NCBI RefSeq assembly: GCF_009914755.1
Contig: NC_060942.1
From: the human T2T-CHM13v2.0 reference genome, Homo sapiens
DNA length: 64,000 nt
Strand: one strand, 5' to 3'
Positions 12,681 through 26,925 of the stretch are shown here, one piece after another. The stretch's first letter is position 1, and every line of letters starts with the position of its first letter. The notes beneath the pieces were generated by a model. It did no database searches. It saw only the letters and a list, made by a program, of their open reading frames with translations, and was not told where the DNA came from. Position numbers and translations under genes: made by a program.

Positions 12681-14521
12681 TTGCATTTGAAACTGAGCTG
12701 CAGGCAGTATGGCCCTTTATTTCTAAATACTTAAGGATATAGCTCTTAAGATCAAGAACAAATTCAAATTTCAAATTTCAAATTCAGGACATTTAACCTT
12801 GGTATAATCCTATAGTAGAATATAGAGCCATTTTCAAATTTTATTCACTGTCGCAGTCATTTCCTCTTTATTTATTTTTTCTTGATCCTCGATCCAACCA
12901 AAATAATGCTTTGTCTTTGTTCTTTGTTGTCATTCTCTTAAATCACTTTTAATTTGAAAAATTTCTTCAGTCTGTTTCAGGTTATGAATTTAATGACATC
13001 ACTCATTAAATATAATATGAAAATTAGATATTGTGATATATGACAAGTGAATATTGTGTTTAATTTCTCATAATTTTATGTGCAAATATGTGCTTTTATG
13101 ACATTGTGTTTTAGAAAAAATATTTAAAATTTTTCTATTAATAAAGTATAAAATATGTACTTATATCACAATTGTGATATACAACATTTTATTTTATTAT
13201 AAAAGTAATGCACATGGGTTGTGGAAAGTTTAAGTACACTAGCAGTTTTAATGAACGGCATAAAACTTCTCATAATTTCAAAACCCAGCAATAATTAAAT
13301 AATCATTGTTAATATTCCAGTCATTCAGGAGAGAGAGTACATAATGAAAATATTTCATACTTACATAATTGTAATACATTGTATACATCTATGAAAATTT
13401 ATACTATTTTTTCTTTTATCCTCACTAAAATTAAACAAAAAACCTATTCTTATATAAAGACATGTATCTTCCATCTAAAGATTTTATTTTATTTATCTTT
13501 ATGGTGGCAAAGGAAGTCATGGAAAACCTCTGGTAAAATTTAGGAAAAAACTTGCTTTTTGCCCTTTTATTGTTCTTATCTGCAAGAAAAGTTTGGCACC
13601 TTTGCAATAAAACAACTAGAAAAAAGCAGCTTCTTCTGAAAAAGTACAAAACGATTTGCTTGATAGTTTCTGAATTATAGTACAGACATATGAAGAAAAA
13701 TACGTACTTCCTTAAAAATCCTGAAAGTAAACAAGAAAAATGGCCATCTCAGGTTAAAATATATATAAGAAAAATGGGCTGTGAAGACACAGTTTAGCTC
13801 TCAAAAATAATGGAGACATTCTTGACTGTTGCTTATTTGATTAAGGTGGTGATGATAGAAATTATTTTAAGAATATTAATAATAAGAAGATGATGGTGAT
13901 AAAGAAATTCCTAATATACTGATTGTAAGTGTTAGGGGAGACGACATGTTTTTATACATGTATTTTAGAAAAGTAAATCTAGGTTTTATCATTTTATCCT
14001 GGTCACTAATGTTAATAATTTCTGAATCAGTGCACAGTCAACTTGCCAGGTGTATAAAGGAAGCTGCTGATGAGGGCTATAAGGAAATCTAAATATAAAA
14101 TAACCACGTTATCATATTGCTAATGGGTACCACTGAATAATTCAACACCAATAATAAGGAATAAAAATCTGTCTCATATTTCTGCATTATGATTCAAGGT
14201 GGTAATTTACTTCTAATAACCAAAGTTGGTGCCTTTTATTTTTCTCTGAAAGATTTTTAAGCTAATGTTTTGCTTTTGCTTTATTCAACGTCTTGGGGAA
14301 AAATAAAGAGGAAGAGTGGGGTGGCAAGGGGAATTCAACTAGAGGATGAAGATTTATCAAATGGTTAATGCTCTGTGTCACTCAGTTTCAGGAAAGGGCT
14401 GTGGACTTCAGAAGGAGACAGTTTATTGTCCATTTTGTGCTATAGTTATAGAAGCTGGGAAGTGAAAGAAAGTAACTCAAACAAAAGATGACAGAGTTCT
14501 TAGATGTCATTACTGTTTCTA

Positions 14522-14542
14522 TTTTTTTTTTTTTTTTTTTTT
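14522..14542. repeat. Poly(T) tract, ~21 nt
   Basis: Seen directly. Confidence 0.95.
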
Positions 14543-15071
14543 GCTGCTGTTTGTTTCTGTGGATTTCTTTTATTTTTGCCTATAGCCAAGTTTAGAGTTG
14601 AGGAGAAAGAGGAAGCGGCATCATGGTAAACCTTGCAAACCTATCATTTTAAAAGGATCCCTCTGAAAGCAAAATTATATTTTCAAGGTGGTATTTAGAG
14701 CTCTTTGAATGATTTGTCAGTTAAACTTTACTGTTGAAAATATAATTTTCATTATCTGTCTCATCAATATATGTGTATATATTTTTAAACTCTAAGCAGA
14801 ATTTATAGGTAGCATTTTGAAAGATATTCCAATAAAGAAATAGCATAGTAATCACAAAGTGGCACATGGTACATAGTGGCTTGATAATGTTGATAGCTAT
14901 CCATGGAATTTCATCAATATTTATTTTTTATAGGGAGCCTGTGTAGTCCTAGAGCATATACAGGGCATTTTGGATGAAAATACTTTGCACAGAATTTGGA
15001 TTTAAATCAAAATATTGAACCTTATTTTTGAAAAATAAAAACGTGGATTTTTTTTCTCATAGAGTTTAGAG

Positions 15072-15522
15072 GTTACATTCGTTTGCAAGGGCTGCTATAA
15101 AAATAAAACTAAACTGTGTGGTGTGAGCGACAGAAATTTATTGTCTCACCGTTTTGGAGGCTAAAATAGAAGATCAGGGTGGTGGCGGGGTTGGTTCCTT
15201 CTGAAGGCTGAGAGGGAGAATGTGTTCCACACCTCTCCTCTACCTTTGGATGGTTGCTGGGAATCTTTGTCATTCCTTGACTCAGATGTATCACTCCCAT
15301 GTCCACCTTCATGTTTAAAGGGTATCTCCCCTCTGGGTGTGTCTGTGTGCCCAAATTTCCTCTTTTTTAAGGGCACAATCACATTGGATTAGTGCCCCCC
15401 ATAATGACTTCAGCTTCACTTAGTCATCTGCAAAAACATTGCTTCCAAATAAAATCACATTCACAGATAATGAGGATTAGGACTTCTACATATTTGGGGG
15501 ACACACAATTCAACTCATAGCA
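15072..15522 (-). mobile_element. MaLR solo LTR (MLT1C-like)
   Basis: agggctgctataa...acagaaatttattgtctcac...ggttggttccttctga...gggacacacaattcaactcatagca. Confidence 0.88.
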
Positions 15523-16150
15523 GATGGTAAGGTATCAATGGTTCTCATTAAAATTCTGGTCAAGTTGTTGTGAGTTTATACTTTGAGAATTCCTCTCTGC
15601 CATAATCATTAAGTAAAAATAAGTTTTTTAATAAAATAAAAGTAAAATGACATAGCCACAGCCAGAAACAGGATAGCTATCTCTCTGGAGCACAAAACCA
15701 TGTAGCTGAAACGGTGCGATGAGAGACTAGGACTGACCCACTGCCATTGACAGCAGGAGAAAAGCAGAAATCTGAAGGCATGATTTCAACAGCAGATTAA
15801 ATAGAGCTGAAGGCATCATGTTTTGGATCATGTTTGTGGTGTTCATGGTATCACTGTAAATAAAACATTTAGTGTAATATCAGATAAAGAGATTAAATTT
15901 ATTATATTTAAATTAATGTAATTTATTATAGATTTTATATGAGGTAATAAAAATCATATATTAAATTACATGTAGAGAATTCAAATTATATATATGAGAT
16001 CAGAAGGAGGAAGTCTAAAATGCATATTATGGTAATTTAGAGGAAACTAAGATGGGGCCAGCACTATCTTAATAGCAGATAAAAATCATCTTAAAGAAAA
16101 GCATAGTTATTCAGATTGAAATTGTACAATGATTAGAAAGAAGCATTTTT

Positions 16151-16220
16151 TTAATTTTATTACTATTATATTTTAAGTTTTAGGGTACATGTGCACAACG
16201 TGCAGGTTTTTTACATATGT
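16151..16220 (-). mobile_element. 70-bp 3'-tip L1PA (L1PA3-5-like) insertion
   Basis: ttttaagttttagggtacatgtgcacaacgtgcagg is the antisense L1PA 3' terminus. TSD agcattttt at 16142-16150 and 16221-16229. Confidence 0.9.
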
Positions 16221-16562
16221 AGCATTTTTAAAAATTCAAATTTAATATTTCCCTGAAATCATGCCCTCCTTCTTGTTTCTCTCTACACACATACAGGAGT
16301 CAATCCTTATTGACGATAGTTATGTTCTATGAAGTCTGACCTCTGCTTTAGAATGCACTTTCTCTTTGCACAGAGCTTCAAGGTAAGCCAAAAGTGAGTT
16401 ATTAGGGCCTTCTCAATCTTTTCTGGGCATTCACACAGCCCTCCATATACACATTGCCTCCTCGATTCCTAGGAGTAAAAGCCTACTGTCATGCTTGCTT
16501 TGGCAGTGCACAGATCAAAAGCCTACTAGGGACATCTCATGCCCCAAATGTTCCTTTTAGAT

Positions 16563-16634
16563 TCCCTTCTTTCCTTTTCCTTCCTTCCTTCCTTCCTTTT
16601 CCTCCCCTCCCTCCCTCCCTCCCTCCCTTCTTTC
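16563..16634. repeat. (CCTT)n/(CCCT)n pyrimidine tract
   Basis: Seen directly. Confidence 0.9.
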
Positions 16635-17319
16635 CATGTTGTTCAGGTCACACTCTTCAGCTAGATTTGGGGGAGAAGTGGGCTCAGAAATGTTGGGCAT
16701 GTGTGGCAGCACCTAAAACGTTATGGAAGCAGGGTGAGTCCCTGAGCATGAAGCAAAGGAGACATGTAAAGGAAGGAATATCCAGTTAGTATCTGAAGGT
16801 GGAACAAAATCATTTAGTTAGTTCTAGCCACACAATCTGGTTTTACCCGGATTGAATAGTTATATGACTCAGGAATCAGAACCCAAACGAATTAATAGGC
16901 AAGAAAAATGGCATCCCAGAATCTGTGAAAACTCATATTGATTGAATTTTAAGAACAAAAAAGGACCTTAGACGTGTCAAAATCAACTATTCCAAGTCCC
17001 TCTGTGGTATTAATGACATCCTGTTAAAACAAAAACAAAAACAAAAACTTTCAGCAACATCACTTCAAAATTATCCTTTTTTATTTTTGCATAATTTTAA
17101 TTCATAGAATCTTTTATGAAAATATTTCTAAAAACTTTCTGCACTTAAATGTTGAAGTAAATTTGCTCTCATCTATCAAGACATATCTATATCTAAATAT
17201 AACCTAAATATATCTCTGTATCTATCTCTCTATAATTTTTTAAAAGTCAACTTGAAACAAAACAAGCAAAACAAACAAAACCAGTTTCTCATAGCTAAAC
17301 ACAAGGTTCAGCCAGTTTA

Positions 17320-18020
17320 TGATGTTTGATTGGAAAATTTAACCTATTTCCATTTAAAGTAAATATTCGTAGGTAAAAACTTATTATTGCCATTTTGTTA
17401 ATTGTTTTCTGTATGTTTTGTCCTTTTATTCCTTTCTTTTTGCTGCCTTCTTTTGTAATTCGATGATTTTTTCTGTAGTATTTTACTTTAATTCTTTCTC
17501 TTTATCTTTTGTGTATCGATTATACGTTTTTTGTGTGTGACTACCTTGAGCTTACATGAATCACGTTATAGTTATAAAAGTCCATTTAAAGCTGAAACCG
17601 ACTTGCATACAAAAACTCTACACTTTTATTTGTTCTCACATGTTATTAATGTAACAATTTACATATTTTTGTATTATATAGCCATTACTTATTATATAGT
17701 TATTCATAGTATTTTTGTCTTTTATCTGTTATACTAGAGCTAAAAGTGATTTGTACACTATTATAGTATTAGACTATTTGTGTATATATTTACCTTAACC
17801 AGTGAGTTGTATGCTTTCCTTTGTGTTCATATTGTTATTTAGCATCCTTTTGATCCGACTGTAAGAATTCACTTTAACATTTCTTATAAGGCAGATCTAC
17901 TGATGATAAATGTCCTCAGCATCTGTTTATCAGGGGAAGTTTTTACCTCTCCTTCATTTCCGTAGGATAGCTTAGCATGATGTAGCTTTCTTGGTTGGCA
18001 GTGTTCTGGATGTTTAATTT
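17320..18020 (-). mobile_element. Old L1M fragment (ORF1 / inter-ORF region)
   Basis: tttgattggaaaatttaacctatttccatttaaagtaa...ttgccattttgttaattgttttctg; ctttaacatttcttataaggcagatctactg. Confidence 0.75.
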
Positions 18021-18302
18021 TGTTTTTTCTTTCAGAAGGAGATTTCTTCCTTTTTGGTACAACAACAGTCAGTGCATATAGCTCTATTGCAGTAGAGTAC
18101 TTAAAACACTCGATTGTACATTTCTCTCTTCAGTTGTGAGCTCTAGATTTCCGGAAAACATAACTTTTCTTAGAATACTCACGTGTATAGCAAATCAACA
18201 AATATTCAATGATCCATCAAATAAGCACTCACAATGTTTGCTAAATCAATGATTTGATCCTTAAAAGACCTAGAAAAATTGTAGTTAAAAAATTTAAATG
18301 TT

Positions 18303-18417
18303 GACCAGTCCATAGTGGCTCATGCCTGTTATCCCATTGCTTTGAGAAGCCAAGATGGGAGGATTGCTCAAGGCTAGCTGTTTGAGACCAGCTTAGGCAA
18401 TATAATGAAATCCTATC

Positions 18418-18451
<34 letters not shown>

Positions 18452-18610
18452 AAAAAATTAGCCAAGCATTATGCCATCATGCTGTACGCCTGTAGTCCTG
18501 GCTACTCAGAGCCTGAGGCTGGAGGACTTCTTGAACCCAGAAGTTCAAGGTTACAGTGAGCTATGATAGCACCCTTGTACTCCAGTCTGGGCAACACTGT
18601 GGGACTCTGT
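18303..18610 (+). mobile_element. AluJ with expanded central A tract and no 3' tail
   Basis: AluJ diagnostics (ggaggattgct, gtgagctatgat). A29 at 18421-18449. Confidence 0.92.
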
Positions 18611-19896
18611 AAGTTTTTTTAAATTAAATTTTATTTTATTTTCTGTGATAATTTAAATTTATACCATAGGACTAAAGGTATGTCTAAAGAGAAAAATCAG
18701 AGCAACTCTAATTACTGTATTTCATGTTTCAGATAAATTATATCACATTCTAAGCAAAAAATTTGAAGTGATAGAAAAACCAAAATTTTTAAGAAGTTAC
18801 GTATCCTGCCATATAATTATTTAAGCTAATTTTGCTTCCTATGTTTAAAAATACCTAGTTTTCTTGGAATACAGACTATATAATTATATCCTTTTGTTTT
18901 TTCGGAATTAAAGACTTTATATTATGTATTAAGATTCCAGCTATCACTAGTACACTGTCATTACTAGTCAAAGTAGAAAATAATAAGTACTGGTAATAGA
19001 AGCGCTCACTGGATTGCCAAAGTCCTTTTGTGTTCAGGTAGAAAATATATGTTTGAATTTTGAGATGAAGCATTGCTAGGTATCAGATAGACAATTTTTT
19101 AAAAATTTAATGACTGGAAAGAAAAAGTATCTGAAGTTATGTGAAAACTTATCTATAAACTTTCCCTACATGGTTGTGAGAGTCTAAAAAAATTAAAATA
19201 AAGATTATAAGTACATATGCACACACAGACACACAGATACTTAAAGGAATTGTATCTGTTTATAAGGTTTATATCTCTACATAAGATAAACAACTGATGC
19301 TGTTTCAACTTCTGAATTTTTATTATAACACACTTAAACTTATTTTTAAACTTGAATAATGCAAGAAAATAATGAGATCCCTATTCCCAGAGTATTATTA
19401 TCTTTGGCTAATATGGGAAGAAAAGGTAATAGAGATAGAAGTGGGCAATAACAGAGGTTTTATTACTGTCTCCACACCCAACAACAAATACAAACATTTA
19501 TTAAGTGCTGTCTTCTTGATTTGTACTCTTAGACATCAGGAATAAGTATATAAAAAAGCAAAATGTGCTTTCCTCATAATCTCTGACCTTTGGAATTTTG
19601 ATTTAATCAACTTGATTTCTAAATTGATTTTTTAATTATTATTACATGAAGACAAAAAGAAACAAAAAACAGCTTCTGCCCCCATCTTCACTCCAATTAT
19701 ACATACTCCATATAAAACAATCACCACCAAATATTAATTGAAATGAGCTGAGAAATATATAAACAAGTGAAACATTAACAATAGGTGTTTCATATTTATA
19801 CCTTGTCAAATTATTCTAAAGCTGCATTTGGAAGAATACATACATAGGAATACAAATTAAAAAAAAAACAACTCTTACGGCCACAGATAATTCCAC

Positions 19897-20185
<289 letters not shown>

Positions 20186-20339
20186 AATTCCACATTTTAA
20201 TTTGTTTAATAACAGGACTTATTTTGTTGGGTTAGGGGTTTTTCTAGAGTTTCTGTTATACTTATAATAAGTTAATTATTTTTGGAAGAAAAACATACAT
20301 ACTGTTGAAAATATGCTTACTTATCTTAATTTTTTTTTG

Positions 20340-21100
20340 TTTTATTAGTATGATCTAATTTGAAGACAGTCTTTCTTTTACTAGTGACTTAGTACCACTA
20401 TTTTGGCTCCCATATCTTGCTCTGTCTTACTCTTTAAATCTTCAAACAACCTTTTCAGAGATGGTGCATGAGAATTAAAGTTTCTGCAATCTTGGATATA
20501 TTTTTATATTTTCACTAGATAAAGGATTTGCAGTCTGTGATAATTGTTCTCAGTACTTTGAAAATATGTTTACACTATTTATAGTATCTGTGCTGCTTCT
20601 GAGATGTTTAATACCAATATCAAATTTTTTCTTTGTAGATATTCTACTTGCACTTCCCTGAAAATGACCGTTTTGTAATCAATAATGTTCTAAAATTTCA
20701 CAAAGAGGTATCTTGTTCAAATTCACTTTACACTCTGTAAAACCTTGAACTCTGAATATTTGTCTATTATTTTAATAAATTTTCTTCATTGTATTATTTC
20801 TTTTCCATTTCTTAGCAATTCTTGTTAGATAATGTGAGACATCCAAAATTGATCATCAATATTATTTACCCTCTCTTGTAATTTTCATCTCCTTGATTTT
20901 TATCTCTATATTCTGAGAGAGTTCCTTGATTTTATATTTCATATCTTCTTTTAATGTTTTAGTTTAATTAAGCATACCCTTAATTTTCAATAAATCTTTA
21001 CTGTTTTCAGATTACATTTGTTTCATTAGTCTGTTCTTATTTTATGGTTATCTTGAAGAATTTCCTAATTTGTTTTCTTTTTCCTCTGTTGTCTTGTTTA
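20340..21100 (-). mobile_element. Very old L1M/HAL1-like fragment
   Basis: T-rich degenerate antisense L1 ORF1-region motifs (ttctcagtactttgaaaatatg; tattctgagagagttcctt). Confidence 0.45.
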
Positions 21101-21410
21101 AGAGAGATTAAGCTTTTAATCTGACTCAATTGTTTTTTTCATTTCCCATTCACATTTTTGAGTACATAGTAGATTGATTGAATATAGGCAGTTTTCATTC
21201 GTTTCCTTGCCTAATTGTGGGTGTATTTTAAAACAATCTGTCCTTTGACCAGGAAGACTGAAAAAAAGTGGGTTATGTTGACAAAGCCTTCAAGTAAGGG
21301 TTGCAAAAAGCAGATAGGTTTTGCTATACTAGGTGTTCAGGAAATACACAAGAATGAGAGGGAAGTGTAGCCACTGGCATCATGGTTCCTTAGAGAATAC
21401 TATAATGAAC

Positions 21411-21473
21411 TCCTCCAAATCCATTCTAAAGTTTCCTCCAAATCCATTCTAAAGATTCCTCCAAATTCATTCT
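21411..21473. repeat. 23-bp minisatellite, ~2.7 copies (tcctccaaatccattctaaag[t/a]t)
   Basis: Units start at 21411, 21434 and 21457. Confidence 0.9.
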
Positions 21474-21999
21474 TTGACCTTGTGCCTCCTGGAGTCTCAC
21501 TGAAGACCTCCGAGGCTGAATGGATTCCACTTCCATTAAAGCTTCGGACTGTACCAGACAGGTTCCTCTATCTGGCTTATGGTTATGCTTATATTACTGA
21601 TAAGACGTAAAGACATATGAAATCACATGAAATGTCATAGATAACATGATAACTTTTTAAATACTTGCACAGCTATTATGAACACAATGGGCTGATCTAA
21701 GGTGTGTGATTTGGATCTCAGAGTTTGTATAAATAGTGAAGCCCAAGCCTTCTTGATCAGATTCCAAGTCCTATGCCCTTCTAATGTAACTGAAAGATAA
21801 ATTCCTTTAACTAAGACAGAAATGGTAATGAGGAACATATAAACGGGCACGTTTAACATGAATCAACCATGGTGCTAATTGAAAAATTAAGTGTACTTGA
21901 TGTAACAACAGCTCAGGATTCTTCTGATGATCTAATTACAAGAGCTTAACTTGAGTCAGTTCATGTTAAAAACAACAATGGAAATCTTTTCCTCCAAAT

Positions 22000-22031
22000 A
22001 CACACACACACAAACACACACACACACACAC
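22000..22031. repeat. (CA)n microsatellite, one interruption
   Basis: Seen directly. Confidence 0.9.
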
Positions 22032-22469
22032 GAATGAGAGTGGCAGAATCAGCCTCAGGAATAGATACCAACAACTTCATCATCATCAAGGCTTTCTATC
22101 CAGCATGCCTGTTTCTCTCTGAATTCCTCTACAGACAGCCGGAAGCATGTTCACAGACAGGCTCCAGGCCTGCATCCACGCAACTTCTAAAAATGAGAAA
22201 AAGGAGATTTTTTACTATGGTTCAATTCGCCTATGGAAAGAACACCCTGCTCTTAGAAAAGAGTTTCTCACAGTCAGATGAATTACTGCCTTTAGTAGAA
22301 TAACTCCAAGCAGATGGAGGTTCTGCTTTGAATCTCTCAGGTAGAGCAAAATAGACAGTAGAATCACCAAAGTCATTGGCAATATAAGCAGGGCTGGAAT
22401 TTGAACCTAGATTTTTTTCTTGGATGGTAGAGTCCAGTTCCTTAAAATCACTCATGTGGGCATAGTCAT

Positions 22470-22856
22470 TGTGATGGACTCAATATCTATGCCCTCCTCT
22501 CCCAATTCATATGTTGAAGCCTTAACATCCAATGTGATGGTGTTTGATGATGGGTTCTTTAAGAAGTAATTAGGGTTAGATGAGTGAGGTCATGAAGGTG
22601 GGTACTGATCCAATAGGACTGGAGTCCTTATTAAAAAGACATCAGAGAGATTGTTCTCTTCCTCTCTCCATTTTGAGAGAACACAGCAAGACAGTGGCGA
22701 TTTGTAAGCCAGGAAGAGAGGCCTCTCCAGATCTGACCATGCTGGCACCCTGATCTCAGACTTCCAGCCTCCAGAAATGGAAGAAAATCAGTGTCTATTG
22801 TTTAAGCCACACTGTCTATAGTATTTTATTATGGGGGCCAAAGCAGAGGAAGGTAC
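22470..22856 (+). mobile_element. MaLR solo LTR (MLT1A-like)
   Basis: tgtgatggact...aattcatatgttgaagcctta...tgaccatgctggcaccctgatctcagacttccagcctccagaa. Confidence 0.88.
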
Positions 22857-23106
22857 TCACAAAACATTGAGAGTTAACGAGAACTTTACTTGACATTTAA
22901 ATAAATTTTCCCATTTAACTAATGAGACTATAGCAAGGAGCAATTATGTAAATTTTCCCAAGTCACTGTAATAGATGGTTAACAGAACTGAAATTACATA
23001 TCTAGCCCTTTGATACATTTCCTGTGTCATAGTTCAACTAGAAATGTTTAATAAGTCTATCCTTTCTAGAAACTGATATTTTATCCTGTATTAAATAATA
23101 TTACCA

Positions 23107-23235
23107 ATAATAACAGCTGATGTTTCATGTTGGCTGTAAATTTATGCCAGACAATAATACAATTATCTAAACTATCTCATTTAATTCTAATAATAACCCT
23201 GTGAGACACACAATTTTTCCCATTTCACAGATGCC
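23107..23235 (-). mobile_element. MIR fragment
   Basis: atctcatttaattct..aataaccctgtgag...cccatttcacagatg. Confidence 0.7.
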
Positions 23236-23749
23236 TTAAGATAATACATGAAAGATATTTATAATATTAGTATTAAATAAAAGAGACCTTGGAGTTAAGT
23301 AATCTTTTTACATGAGAAGAATATCCATTCAGGAATTGAGTTTTGTGACTCTCATTTTTTTTATTTTTTAAGGACTTAATGTAGCCTGACATATAGCTGG
23401 TTTCTTAAAACTTCTGTATGAATGAATGAATAAATGAATAAATCAATGAAGTAAATTATGAAAGCATGACACCAGACAATTGTAGGTTTTTCTTTTGGAC
23501 ATATTATATGTTTTATTTTAGGCCACATCCTCTATAAACAGAATCAAACAACAGCAATCCACTTATGAGTAGAAAATAAGTCAAATCATTCTACATTTTT
23601 ATGTCGAAGTCAGCCTTACTGCAGACGCTAGCTTCCAGTGTGACGAAATACACTTTGTTTCATTAAATTTAACTTTTCCAAAACATTTCTAAATGTGCAT
23701 GCTTGGGGCCAGCTCTAATATCTCTTTGAACTGATAATAGCACTTTCTA

Positions 23750-23799
<50 letters not shown>
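23750..23799. repeat. Compound (GT)n(TA)n(T)n microsatellite
   Basis: Seen directly. Confidence 0.95.
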
Positions 23800-23924
23800 C
23801 CCCACAATCTACACGAGAAAGAAAGCCAGATGAATCTTTTACTATTTCACAAGGGTGATATGAGGAGTAGAAAAACAGTTCCCAAAACTCTCAACCCCGT
23901 TTTAATAAAAAAGATACATTTTTC

Positions 23925-24110
23925 CTTTTATAAAAGCGGGATAAATTGTACATAAAATAAAGTTTACCATTTTAACTTTTTTTTAGTGTCAGTTCAGTGT
24001 CATTAAATACGTTCACACTATTGTGCACACATCACCACAACCCATCTCCAGGACTTTATCATCTTCCCAGCTGAACTCCCTATCCACTAAATAACTCTCC
24101 ATTCCCCACG
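23925..24110 (-). mobile_element. L1MB 3'-end fragment
   Basis: tttaccattttaac...cagttcagtgtcattaaatacgttcacactattgtgca..catcacca...catctccagga. Confidence 0.8.
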
Positions 24111-24430
24111 AAGGTACTTTTTAAGAGAAACCTAATTTGTGAGCCCTGTAAAACTAAGGAAAATGAAATTACATGGTAATGAAGCAAATGTCAGTTCTAA
24201 ATTCAACCCATCTATATATGTCATATGAGGAACCAACTGAAAATAAGTATTTTCCTTTCATACTATATAATTCCTATATTGGATTTACTTTATTTCCATG
24301 CTTAAAAATTTTGTGTCTATGATTTTACCTGTTACAGGTAATCTGAGTAAAGATTAGTACAAAAATCAAGAGCAATTTTCAGGATACATAAGAGGAACAT
24401 AGCTTATTATATAATTAAATATCTATTACA

Positions 24431-24773
24431 TGCCATGGTCTGAATATTTATGTCTACCCAAAACTCACATGTTAAAATCCTAACCCCCAAGGTAATGGTA
24501 TTAAGTGGGGGCCTCTGGGAGGTGATCACAAAAAGGTAATCCTATCCTCATAGGATTAGTCCTCTATAAAAGAGGCCCATGGGATCTTGTTTGTCACCAT
24601 GTGAGGACACAACCAGAAGGTGCCTTCTATGAAACAGGAAACAGGTCCTTAGCAGACACCAAATCTGCCTGCATTTTCATCTTAGACTTTCCACCCTCCA
24701 GAACTGTAAAATGTTGTTCACAAGCCACCCAGTCTATCACATTTTGATACAGCAACCCAAATTGACTAAGACA
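24431..24773 (+). mobile_element. MaLR solo LTR (MLT1A0-like)
   Basis: tgccatggtctgaat...aatcctaacccccaaggt...caccatgtgaggacaca...gactaagaca. Confidence 0.88.
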
Positions 24774-24991
24774 TAATAGAAAAGTAAATAAAAGAAATAA
24801 AAATAATGGTGTATTATTCATACAGTGAAGGACACAGTGGTGTGGAAGGAGAACTACTCTCGATAATGGGAATGTACCTGATTAGAATAGGACTTCTTGG
24901 TAATAAAAGATAGTTCAATAAATATGGTATAGTCTTGATTCTAGTAGGGAACATCTTAAAATTATGGAGTAAAAGATGACCTGGAAATAAA

Positions 24992-25160
24992 TTGACTCTA
25001 TTAAATAACTTTCTATCATGTGATGTAAAACATATATATATTAAGTACTATTAAAATATATAAAAGTTTTTGACTCTATTAAATAACTTTCTATCATGTG
25101 ATGTAAAGCATATGTATATATATATATTTTTTTCAAGTACTATTAAAATCTATGAAAGTT
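24992..25160. repeat. ~80-bp tandem duplication
   Basis: ttgactctattaaataactttctatcatgtgatgtaaa starts at both 24992 and 25070. Both copies end aagtactattaaaat.tat.aaagttt. Confidence 0.92.
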
Positions 25161-25162
25161 TT

Positions 25163-25542
<380 letters not shown>

Positions 25543-26852
25543 TTAAATAAATACTCCTGTTTTTAGAAATGTGGTCAGATAACTCCATTAGCCAGTGAAT
25601 AAAATTCCCTGAACAAACCTGAAATTCAAAATTTAGATGGTTAAGTAGAATAAGGCATCATTTTGCGTTGACTTTGCAATTACTACGTACATGGAGTTGA
25701 AGTTTCTTTTTATTAATGTCTATTTCCACTTCACTAAAATGAAAAAAGAAATGTTGATTTTATTTATGTAGTGTCATGACCTGTTTGGATAAACATTATT
25801 GAAATTATTGCCTTGAATTACTGAAAACCTCTTGCAGCCTAGGCACTTTTTTTCCCTCTCTGTTTTTTTTTTTCTCCTGGGTTCCCCATCAAGCTCTTTT
25901 GCATTTCATTTAGGTAGTAAACGCAGTTGAGCTGCATCATTTAGTAACTCTTATTTCACCCTCCATAAACTGCTCTTTCTGCCTTCAAGGGTACAATAGC
26001 ATAGCATTAGTAGTAGGCTTTTTTTTTTATTATTTTTTTAGAAGATCTAAAATGTCTTAGGTTTGAAAAACTAAGCAAGTTGCCTGCAAATGTATTTTCT
26101 AGTCCGTTTATTACATCTGCAATAATAAATTTCCACATTTGGTAATTCTCAGTAATAAAAGATTTGTGTAAGCATATAAGACATTTAGACCAGTGGAAGG
26201 ACTTTTTTCACATTATATGACTGACATCACTGTAAGTGGTCTAGTATTAATATGCCCCAGGATTTAATGAGCTCCCTAAAAAAACTTGCAAAAGAAATAA
26301 ATGTGTTTTGATTTATGAAGGTTCATATGGCCATTTTTATTAGCTTTCCAGCCTTGTGGTCAGATGTATTTTATGACAGCAACAAGCATTCACAATAACC
26401 TGCCATCTGTAACAGCGGGTTTAGCTTTTCTTTCTTTAGATACATAAACACTACAGTTAATACCCAGCCCTGGCAATGTAGTTGTTTCAAATATGCCTTT
26501 AGCCTGGCCCCTAAAGATAACCCATTATAAAATTTGCAAGGAGTATGTTCAATAAAACTGGGCTATATTTTAGTGTTTCTCTGAATTTATATTACAAAAG
26601 AAAACAATCTTTGACCTCTGCTTTTTTAAAAAAATGTTTTCTGGGCTTCAGAATAGACTCAGTTCGATTTTGTAGTATCATGAGAAGTATATCAATTTTG
26701 TCATTTAATTACTCTTTTTATGAACAATAATATTCTCCTTTGTGTTTTCTTCAGCATACTGCTGCTTGATTATTTTTCGTTGTCCTGGGAAACTGGCAAT
26801 CTTAAATATTTATTCAGCTAAAATATTTCAAAGTAAAGTGGATACCTAAATT

Positions 26853-26855
<3 letters not shown>

Positions 26856-26898
<43 letters not shown>

Positions 26899-26925
26899 CA
26901 TATATATATATATATACATATATAT
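26856..26925. repeat. Compound (CA)n(TA)n microsatellite
   Basis: About 20 CA units followed by a TA run. Confidence 0.95.

Noticed and set aside
21411-21473. 23-bp direct repeats as a possible CRISPR-like array
   Set aside because: Head-to-tail with no spacers; an ordinary minisatellite in eukaryotic DNA.
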